Shown piece by piece: positions 28,130-35,172 of a DNA stretch of 64,000 bases. The first letter of the stretch is position 1, and every line of letters starts with the position of its first letter. The notes under the pieces were generated by a model. That model worked only from the letters and a program-made list of their open reading frames with translations. It was not told the DNA's origin and searched no databases. Source of the stretch: a virus (lineage: Duplodnaviria; Caudoviricetes); the IMG/VR virus record IMGVR_UViG_3300028591_000081, positions 96,001 to 160,000 of that record; one strand, given 5' to 3'. The translations under genes were made by a program, and so were the position numbers.

Positions 28130-29257
28130 ATGCCAAACGAATCAGAAACAAACTTCGCTGATCTGCTCACGTCAATGACGGTCAGTGTGCCAGTAAAACG
28201 TCTTCCTTCCAATCCGTCCAAGAAAGTGACTACACAGGAGCCAAAGTTCCAGTCCGTATTTTCAGACAGATTTCAAGAGAGGTGTTCGTTCATTCTCGAT
28301 CTGTCCTATCTGTTGTATTACGGACATTTCCGTGGCAACGAACAACCATGGGTGGATACCCAATGGGTAGCTGACGTTGTTTTGAAATTGCTCAGTTCCG
28401 GGCATGAGGTGTTTATCGCTGTGGACGGAAGACCTGTTCGTAAACAGATAAACGCTTCCTATAAAGCCAATCGAATCCATACATACAACATCAAGGAGAA
28501 CATGCCACCGCTTCTGTTCAATCTGAACATGTGTCGGCGCGTCCATATTCATTACAATCCGTGTCTTGAGGCTGACGACATCATCTTCTCTCTCAACAGT
28601 CGTATGAGTGGGCAGAAGGTGATTGTGTCGAGCGATAATGACATGCTTCAGTGTCTTGGTAGTGATACAGTCATTGATACAGGGAAAGTCATTATCGACG
28701 CTCTGTCCTACCTTGACTATTTCAAAGAGAAGTTCCAAGGGGTTCCGATTCAGAAGCTACCCATGTACCGTTCCATCACGGGTGACGCTTCTGACAATAT
28801 GAGGCCCCCAGTATCGCGGTTCCCACATGCCTTGGCCGCGAAATTCGTGAAAGAGCTGGAGTTCGATTACTGGGATACAAAGTTCCCTGAAAGAGGTCTT
28901 ATCGTTGAGACTGTCTCGAAACTTGAAACTGAAAATAAGGTCTCTAAAACTGAGATGGCGTGGCTGAATAAACTGCTGGATGAGACCCTCCCCAAACAAA
29001 AGGAACTTACTCCTGAGGAAGAGGCCATGATTCCGTCAGATCTTCTCCCCTCTTCAGAAACCTCTTCATCCTACGACAAGTGGAAGCTCAATTATGAACT
29101 AATGAGGCTTCACGCCTACACGATGGACGAAATTTCGTATGAGCCAGACATGCATTATGAGGAACTTCCCGTAGGGTTGGTGACTCAGTTTAACAAGATC
29201 CTACGCGCTGATGCACAGTATGAACCATTACCATTGGAATGGAGGACTGACGAATGA
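28130..29257 (+). CDS. 5'-3' exonuclease / flap endonuclease (PolA N-terminal or T4 RNase H-like)
   Basis: ILDLSY, IAVDG, YKANR, LEADDII, SSDNDMLQ, ITGDASDN. Confidence 0.92.
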   Translation: MPNESETNFADLLTSMTVSVPVKRLPSNPSKKVTTQEPKFQSVFSDRFQERCSFILDLSYLLYYGHFRGNEQPWVDTQWVADVVLKLLSSGHEVFIAVDGRPVRKQINASYKANRIHTYNIKENMPPLLFNLNMCRRVHIHYNPCLEADDIIFSLNSRMSGQKVIVSSDNDMLQCLGSDTVIDTGKVIIDALSYLDYFKEKFQGVPIQKLPMYRSITGDASDNMRPPVSRFPHALAAKFVKELEFDYWDTKFPERGLIVETVSKLETENKVSKTEMAWLNKLLDETLPKQKELTPEEEAMIPSDLLPSSETSSSYDKWKLNYELMRLHAYTMDEISYEPDMHYEELPVGLVTQFNKILRADAQYEPLPLEWRTDE

Positions 29258-29685
29258 ACACACAATGGGATGACCTGATGGATGAGTGCATTGAAGTCTG
29301 TTCCGAACGAGATGCCAAGCATTACTTCAAGGCCGTTGAAAGTCTTGCAAAGGTTTTGGACTTGATTTGCGATACCGGAAAAGAGTTCGATGCCGCCGAA
29401 GCCTACAAGATCTGGTGCAGGACTGAAGACGATGTTGATAAGTCCATTGCTGAAATACAAAGAACCTACGGTGACGAGGTAGACGATTTCCCAGAAATCG
29501 GGCTGAAGTACTTCGGACATGACCATATTCTTGCCGTTGGAGTGTATGACCGTGGCAACTTCGATGTCGTATCCGGATGGGAATTCCGTCAGGCGCGGTC
29601 TCTTAAACTTCAGCATGACCGCTACACCAGAAAGCCATACACTGACGAAAGCACAAGGATTTACAGGTCTTGTGGTGCTGATTGA
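29254..29685 (+). CDS. Hypothetical protein
   Basis: GGAGG RBS, ATGA overlap. Confidence 0.7.
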   Translation: MNTQWDDLMDECIEVCSERDAKHYFKAVESLAKVLDLICDTGKEFDAAEAYKIWCRTEDDVDKSIAEIQRTYGDEVDDFPEIGLKYFGHDHILAVGVYDRGNFDVVSGWEFRQARSLKLQHDRYTRKPYTDESTRIYRSCGAD

Positions 29686-29712
29686 CCTTTAGTCAAATTC
29701 ACGTGATACACT
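29673..29712 (+). promoter_or_regulatory. Phage promoter motif copy 8
   Basis: TGGTGCTGA, 22 nt, TGaTACACT. Confidence 0.8.
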
Positions 29713-29760
29713 CTCCATAACGAGGAACGGCAATCACGCCGACTCATTATGGAGAGTGTT

Positions 29761-29982
29761 ATGAGCCAGAACAACAACGAATCTTTGATGGATAAAATTC
29801 TTTCCTGCTGTGGGAATACTTCAGAAGAGTGGACACGAGGGGATGCTATCGGCCTGACGGTATGTTTCGTCATTGCGATTATAGGTCTTCTGGTTGCTCT
29901 ACCCTTACGTCTGTCCGAAATGCAGTCTTACAGCATTCAGAATCAGGATAGTATCGTTGTTGAAGAGGCCATGACGAAATGA
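29761..29982 (+). CDS. Small single-TM membrane protein
   Basis: AIGLTVCFVIAIIGLLVALPL hydrophobic segment. Confidence 0.65.
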   Translation: MSQNNNESLMDKILSCCGNTSEEWTRGDAIGLTVCFVIAIIGLLVALPLRLSEMQSYSIQNQDSIVVEEAMTK

Positions 29983-30800
29983 CATTCCCTATCGCAGACA
30001 CTTACGAGAACCTTACCTATGGGTTTGAATTTGAGTTCATAGGGGGTAGTGATCCTGAATCCCTGAGACACTTTGAACACGCTATGCATCACCTGAACGT
30101 TCCTTATCAGTTTACGGGTAAATACGGACAGAATGAGGACGACGCATGGGTGCTTGGGGCTGACGGTTCGGTTGGAGACTTTGACACGGAAAAGACACTT
30201 GGTGGAAAGTTCGGATTTGAGCTGGTGAGTCCAGTATTAACCTTGAAGGACTTCCCGGTTCTTGGGAAAGTACTGGACGCCGTGAAGTCTTGTCTGTCCG
30301 GGTACGTCAATGACACTTGTGGAACGCACGTCCATGTTGGAGGACTTTCATTCATGCGTCGCGGCGATTATACCGGGAATGAGTCCTTCACCCGTGGCAA
30401 CTGTGCAGTATGGCTTTTCTCGAAACTGCAACCCTATCTGTGGAATCCTCTCGTACACATCAATCGGGCCAACAATAAGTATTGTGCGCGATATGAGGAA
30501 GGTTCCTACGAGACCGATAAGTACCTAGCTTTGTCCAGCTCTGGGTTTATGACGCATGTCAAACATCCTACAATGGAGTGTCGGTTGCATCACGGTACGT
30601 TGGACGTTGAGGAAATTACCGAGTGGGCGCAGGTGATTAGCAGATTCTTGTGGTTCTGCTTTCACGAGAACCCTTGTGTTCATCTCGACATTTCTGAAAG
30701 TCCTGATCGAATAGCATCCTCACTTCTGTCTCAGTTTCATGTACCTGAAACACTTTCAAAACGCTTGCTCAATCGCATTGGAGAACATCATGGAGAGTAA
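29979..30800 (+). CDS. Putative amidoligase (COOH-NH2 ligase family)
   Basis: TYGFEFEF, DGSV, FELVSPVL, NDTCGTHVHVG, TMECRLHHGTLD. Confidence 0.88.
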   Translation: MTFPIADTYENLTYGFEFEFIGGSDPESLRHFEHAMHHLNVPYQFTGKYGQNEDDAWVLGADGSVGDFDTEKTLGGKFGFELVSPVLTLKDFPVLGKVLDAVKSCLSGYVNDTCGTHVHVGGLSFMRRGDYTGNESFTRGNCAVWLFSKLQPYLWNPLVHINRANNKYCARYEEGSYETDKYLALSSSGFMTHVKHPTMECRLHHGTLDVEEITEWAQVISRFLWFCFHENPCVHLDISESPDRIASSLLSQFHVPETLSKRLLNRIGEHHGE

Positions 30801-31227
30801 CACTCAAGAAATTGCCACCCATATCGGTTTTATGTTGGATCGTTTTGCATCTCGCTTCGTAGAAAAGTTGCCTACGACTCTTACGCGTGAGAATACTCCA
30901 TTATTTCTAAGAGCTTTGGAGGACATCGAAACCCTTACCAAAGCTGGATATGAAACGGCCAAGAAGGCTGGAGACGCTGTTCTGGACTGCGGGGCCGAAC
31001 GTATGCTAGTTCCTTTTCACCATCTCACATGGGAATGGTGCAATGCCTATACCAGTGACTTCACATGGGAAGCCTTCTTGGATGCGATGATTGAATCTGG
31101 CGACACTACGGTGAGGGTTCAGAACAAAACCTTTGAGGAATGTGGAGATTCTTCAAAGTGCATACGGATATTCTTTGGGGATGGTTCGAGAGACAACGCG
31201 TGTGCCGAATATGGCTTTCCTGATTGA
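30790..31227 (+). CDS. Hypothetical protein
   Basis: GGAG RBS; overlaps upstream gene. Confidence 0.65.
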   Translation: MESNTQEIATHIGFMLDRFASRFVEKLPTTLTRENTPLFLRALEDIETLTKAGYETAKKAGDAVLDCGAERMLVPFHHLTWEWCNAYTSDFTWEAFLDAMIESGDTTVRVQNKTFEECGDSSKCIRIFFGDGSRDNACAEYGFPD

Positions 31228-31234
31228 GGTGGGT

Positions 31235-31582
31235 ATGTCGAATTTACCGAATATCCTAGACATTATGTCATGGGATACTCATCAAGCCTTGGAACATGGA
31301 CGTGGTTATCAAGCTGGCCGTGAAGACGTATTCCACAGCAGGATACCCATGACATTTACAAGGGAACATTCCAGAACTTTTCGTCTTGGGTACTGTCAAG
31401 GATGGGCGGAAGAAAAGACAAGCACTCTCATGGACAGACTACCAAAGATGATTTGCGGGCAGAGTACCGCTTATGCTAGTGCCTTGGCCGAGTCTGAGTT
31501 TGTCAAGATTTGGGAAGAAACCTCTAAACTTGCAGAATGTTCGGACGATGAGGTCACGGACTACGAGGTCACGGACTACTGA
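31235..31582 (+). CDS. Hypothetical protein; C-terminal 15-bp tandem duplication (EVTDY x2)
   Basis: GAGG RBS; gaggtcacggactac occurs twice at 31550-31579. Confidence 0.65.
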   Translation: MSNLPNILDIMSWDTHQALEHGRGYQAGREDVFHSRIPMTFTREHSRTFRLGYCQGWAEEKTSTLMDRLPKMICGQSTAYASALAESEFVKIWEETSKLAECSDDEVTDYEVTDY

Positions 31583-31601
31583 TAAAGGAGAAAAGACACT
31601 C

Positions 31602-32246
31602 ATGTTACAAAGGGATCCGAAATCTATTCTCATTGCAGTGGAAGGTATCGACGGCACAGGCAAGAGCAGTGCCGTCCCAGTTATTGAAGAGGTGTGCCAG
31701 CGGTGCGGTTACGACACTATCACTACCCGGGAACCTTACACACAGGAAGTTATTGACCTCGTTCATTCCTCTCAAAAAGGGAATCTTTGCGAGGCTATGA
31801 TACGTGACCGTGTCCAGCATTTGAACGATGTCATCCTTCCACACCTCAGCAAAAGCAAGTCGGCGGTCATCACAGATCGATACTTGTACTCCAATGTTGC
31901 GTACAATGCTGACGAAGTACCTCCAGAAAAGATACTTGAAGAACATAAGGAGAGAGAGATTCCTGATGCCGACATTCTTGTGTTGTTGGACATGCCCGTT
32001 CGTATAGCTCAGCAAAGGATTATGAAGACGCGTGGATTCCTTGACCCCATAGAGAAGCGATCCATGACTCAGGCCCGTAAGTTGTTCCGTTCCATGGCAA
32101 ACAAACACCCCTGTGCAGTTATCGTTGATGCTTCAAAGCCCTTAGAGATTGTGCATGAAGAACTTCGCAGGAAGATGGCCAGAGTCATCAGAGTTCGTCA
32201 AATGGACTCGGAGCTTAATGTTCTTGAGGATTCGATGTTTCCGTGA
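31602..32246 (+). CDS. tmk: Thymidylate kinase
   Basis: VEGIDGTGKSS, TREP, DRYLYSNVAY, PD...LLD, VDAS. Confidence 0.92.
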   Translation: MLQRDPKSILIAVEGIDGTGKSSAVPVIEEVCQRCGYDTITTREPYTQEVIDLVHSSQKGNLCEAMIRDRVQHLNDVILPHLSKSKSAVITDRYLYSNVAYNADEVPPEKILEEHKEREIPDADILVLLDMPVRIAQQRIMKTRGFLDPIEKRSMTQARKLFRSMANKHPCAVIVDASKPLEIVHEELRRKMARVIRVRQMDSELNVLEDSMFP

Positions 32247-32260
32247 GTCCGTGCGTTTTA

Positions 32261-32301
32261 TGGTGCTGATGTCCATTCTTTAGTTTCGTTCATGCTATAT
32301 A
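32261..32301 (+). promoter_or_regulatory. Phage promoter motif copy 9, positioned to drive the scaffold-array-nuclease unit
   Basis: TGGTGCTGA, 23 nt, TGcTATATA; predicted start ~32307 coincides with the 5' end of the scaffold. Confidence 0.8.
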
Positions 32302-32305
32302 GAAG

Positions 32306-32498
32306 TTGCCCGGCAGAGCATGTCGGGATTATGAGGTGGAGACGGATTTGATCAAGCGCATATTATGATTCATAGTATGATGCAAGATCATTTCTGTCGA
32401 TGAAACCTTACCCTGTGAAACAGGCTGGAGGATTCAAAAGTCATCAAATTTCTATTCTGGTGACGAAGAATTTGGCCAGCCTTGTGGGAATGCTTGGT
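32306..32498 (+). ncRNA. omegaRNA/tracrRNA-like guide scaffold, copy B
   Basis: Stems cccggca/tgtcggg, tgaggt/acctta, gacgga/tctgtc, tgatc/gatca, aggctgg/ccagcct, gtcatca/tggtgac; anti-repeat tgtgggaa. Confidence 0.82.
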
Positions 32499-32590
32499 AT
32501 CTTTCCCACATATACGGGGATGCTACCCAGAAAATGCGACCACTCTGGGCCGTCTATCCGTGGTCTACCCACATATTATGTGGATGCTAC
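32499..32590 (+). CRISPR. Mini CRISPR array B: repeat, 35-bp spacer, degenerate repeat
   Basis: atctttcccacatatacggggatgctac (32499-32526); ggtctacccacatattatgtggatgctac (32562-32590). Confidence 0.75.
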
Positions 32591-32607
32591 GTAAAAGGGA
32601 AAATAAG

Positions 32608-34275
32608 ATGTACGGTAAAAAGGAAAGTAAAGAGGGTATCGGTAAAGCTGGACTGGTAATCAGGCTGTACCCCAATCGAAAGCAGGAAGCCTTGCTGAAC
32701 CGTGTTTGTTTGGACAGACTTCATCAGTACAAAGCACTGGCCTTGTGGTGGAATGTTTCCAACCAAGTTCGTCGTGCAAAGTGTGCTGAGTTCTTTTCAA
32801 AGGAAGAGAACGAGGAAAAACGGAAAGCCTATAAGAGAACTTTACCAAATCCACCATTACCTTATCCTATCCCGTTTCCTACAAATGCTAAAAGTCGAAG
32901 CGACACACACCCAGTTAGTCCCATAGCCTTCAATAGCCCTCATCTTCATGTTATTCGTGACCTCATGCCGTCTTGGATGCATTTTGCATTTGTTCCTGAC
33001 AAAGACGGAGGGGAGTTGTTTGATGTGAAAAAGTACATTCAGCATGTATTCGGAGATTCTGTATCCTCCTGCGAGGTTCTGGGGTATTGTAAGGAAGACT
33101 TCGCTAGGTCTATCAATTCGACCTTTTCAGAGATCAATTATAACCGATGTGTGAAAAATAAGAAGCCGTGGCCTCCTGTCAAGATACATACTCCCAAACT
33201 CAAGGATGCCAACACTTTCAGTCTTCGGTTGACTGGCAGAACCAGCCAAAAGTTTCAGGTAAAAAGGTCTTCAAGCGGGCGCGTTCACAAGGTTTGGGTA
33301 CCTTTTCTGTCGGGTGATCTGAGAAAGAAGTTCAGCAAAGACCCGAAATACGGTAAAGACTTTGAATGGGTAGACTGTGCCCTTTCTGAGAAACAGTTGG
33401 AAAAGTGTTCAAATGCGACGAAGATGACAGTAAAAAAGAATGGAGCAGGGCAGTGGACAGCCTCCGTTCTTTTTGAAAAGCCTCTTGAAGAACATGTAGA
33501 AACCGGTCTGGAATGTGGGATTGATTTGGGTCTCAAGACCACCGCAGTCTTGTCAGAAAATATGGTCGGTGAGACCTCAACAGAGTACGATAAGTACCGT
33601 CAAGAACAACTCCCAGTTGACGAGATAATGAAACTTGAAAAGAAGATTGACTACCTCAGGAAAGTTCAGTCCAGACGTATCAAGACTTGGCTACGACTTC
33701 ACAAAGATGACGAAGCCAATGGCCTGAAGCTGAACACCGATAAAAACGATAAGGCCCACAACGCTGTCGCCGTGTATTGCAAGAAATACAAGTCCAATGC
33801 TTACAAAGCCACAGAACAGCGCATTGCCAAGCTGAGTAATGATATCGCAAACATCCGTACTGACTTTGCCGAGAAATTTTCACGAAAGGTGGCAGATCGT
33901 TACGACGTGGTTGGTCTGGAAGACCTGAACGTAAATGGGATGGTGAAGAACAAAAAGATGTCCAGAAACTTGGAGCGCATTGGGTTTTACAAACTTCGGG
34001 TGGCGATTGAGCGGAAGGTGAAGACTCAGTTGCTGGATACCTTTGCCCCTTCCTCGCAGACCTGTTCTCGATGTGGATTTAAGAATAAAGCTGTCAAGGA
34101 TTGTTCGGTTAGGGAGTGGACGTGCCCACAATGCGGCCATCACCACGACAGAGATGAGAACGCCGCGTCAAATATCAGACCCTCAAGTCAGGGTTTGTGT
34201 ATGCAGTATGTTCCGAAGAAAGCCGATAAGGAAGTCTCTAAGAAACGTACCCGCAAGACGAATAAATCCGTGTGA
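32608..34275 (+). CDS. tnpB: TnpB/Cas12f-like RNA-guided RuvC nuclease, 555 aa
   Basis: N-terminal IRLYPN..Q; RuvC-I GIDLG, RuvC-II GLEDLNV, SSQTCSRCG...WTCPQCG zinc ribbon, RuvC-III DRDENAA.NI. Confidence 0.93.
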   Translation: MYGKKESKEGIGKAGLVIRLYPNRKQEALLNRVCLDRLHQYKALALWWNVSNQVRRAKCAEFFSKEENEEKRKAYKRTLPNPPLPYPIPFPTNAKSRSDTHPVSPIAFNSPHLHVIRDLMPSWMHFAFVPDKDGGELFDVKKYIQHVFGDSVSSCEVLGYCKEDFARSINSTFSEINYNRCVKNKKPWPPVKIHTPKLKDANTFSLRLTGRTSQKFQVKRSSSGRVHKVWVPFLSGDLRKKFSKDPKYGKDFEWVDCALSEKQLEKCSNATKMTVKKNGAGQWTASVLFEKPLEEHVETGLECGIDLGLKTTAVLSENMVGETSTEYDKYRQEQLPVDEIMKLEKKIDYLRKVQSRRIKTWLRLHKDDEANGLKLNTDKNDKAHNAVAVYCKKYKSNAYKATEQRIAKLSNDIANIRTDFAEKFSRKVADRYDVVGLEDLNVNGMVKNKKMSRNLERIGFYKLRVAIERKVKTQLLDTFAPSSQTCSRCGFKNKAVKDCSVREWTCPQCGHHHDRDENAASNIRPSSQGLCMQYVPKKADKEVSKKRTRKTNKSV

Positions 34276-34283
34276 ACAGGATA

Positions 34284-34316
34284 CAAAAAAGGGACACACC
34301 CAATCGTGTGTCCCTC
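34284..34316 (-). terminator. Terminator for the minus-strand operon
   Basis: agggacacac/gtgtgtccct stem with an A6 run on its left side. Confidence 0.75.
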
Positions 34317-34383
34317 AGAAGAGTGCAAGCGGGGCGATTCTCGCACCCTCCTGCCTCTCTTTTAGATAGAATCGTTAAGATTC

Positions 34384-35070
34384 TTAACCTTCATAAGGTT
34401 CTTTGCGTTCTTCAACGGACGTAGGGGCCGCCGCAGGGGCTTCCTCGGTACCGGCCTTGCTGACCTGAGATGCCGCCGGGAACGCACAGTTGTGCTGGAG
34501 AACATCTGCCGGAGAGATCGTGGCACCGGAAACCGGAGCAAAGGCAAGAATTTCTTTGAAGTCGCAACGATTCTTCGCATCACCAACGATGGTGAGAACA
34601 GCACTGCAATCATAGCCCGATTTGGACTGGCTTGTCCAAGTACCACCGTTGTCGGCGGATTCTTTCATGTCGGCCCAACCGAGAACCGTGCCGTCCTGTT
34701 TGTCGAAGACTTTGTAGACAGGCATCCCGGTTTCAGCATCAGTGCTGGCGGCAATGTCTTCATTGGCCATGACGACGATACGAAGCTGGCCGTTCATCTT
34801 GGCGATATCCTTCGGAACATGGATGCGGATATTCATCTGGAGGCTTTTACCTACGATGTTGTATCCACCAAAGTTCGCAGAAGCCTGACCAGCAGGGGTT
34901 CCGTCGCCAATGCTGGCGATAGCTTTCACAGCATCGGGGTCTGCAAGTTCTTTGAGGGCCGCCGCCGTGTTGATGATGACACGACCGATCTTGAGGTCTT
35001 CAAAGCGATCTTTGTGTTCTTCGAGCAGTTGCTTGCCTTTCGGCGTAAGATTCAGTGATTCAAAAAGCAT
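34384..35070 (-). CDS. Probable virion structural protein
   Basis: AAGGAG RBS, 228 aa, last gene of the tail-fibre block. Confidence 0.7.
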   Translation of the reverse strand: MLFESLNLTPKGKQLLEEHKDRFEDLKIGRVIINTAAALKELADPDAVKAIASIGDGTPAGQASANFGGYNIVGKSLQMNIRIHVPKDIAKMNGQLRIVVMANEDIAASTDAETGMPVYKVFDKQDGTVLGWADMKESADNGGTWTSQSKSGYDCSAVLTIVGDAKNRCDFKEILAFAPVSGATISPADVLQHNCAFPAASQVSKAGTEEAPAAAPTSVEERKEPYEG

Positions 35071-35172
35071 AACAGTTCTCCTTTTCGCGAATCGGAATTG
35101 GGAATATCCGCTAACACTTGCGGGCACATCCACAAGTGTTAGATAGGTAATAGATGTGGTCTTAGTCAGTGA

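Noticed and set aside
31550-31579. 15-bp tandem duplication
   Set aside because: Two copies only, in frame at a protein C-terminus; likely simple slippage.
27961-32561. Self-targeting of the four spacers within this window
   Set aside because: I found no convincing match by eye, only words of about 8 nt; a computational search of the whole genome is still needed.
32482-32607. 42-aa N-terminal extension of the TnpB-like ORF in the ORF track
   Set aside because: It runs through the anti-repeat and CRISPR array; the ATG at 32608 has an AAGGG RBS and precedes the typical IRLYP N-terminus.
32261-34370. Interpretation as an ordinary IS605/IS607 insertion sequence
   Set aside because: No transposase, the gene is wired to a phage-specific promoter, and the downstream hairpins fit the convergent operon's terminator. 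A cryptic IS end cannot be fully excluded by eye.
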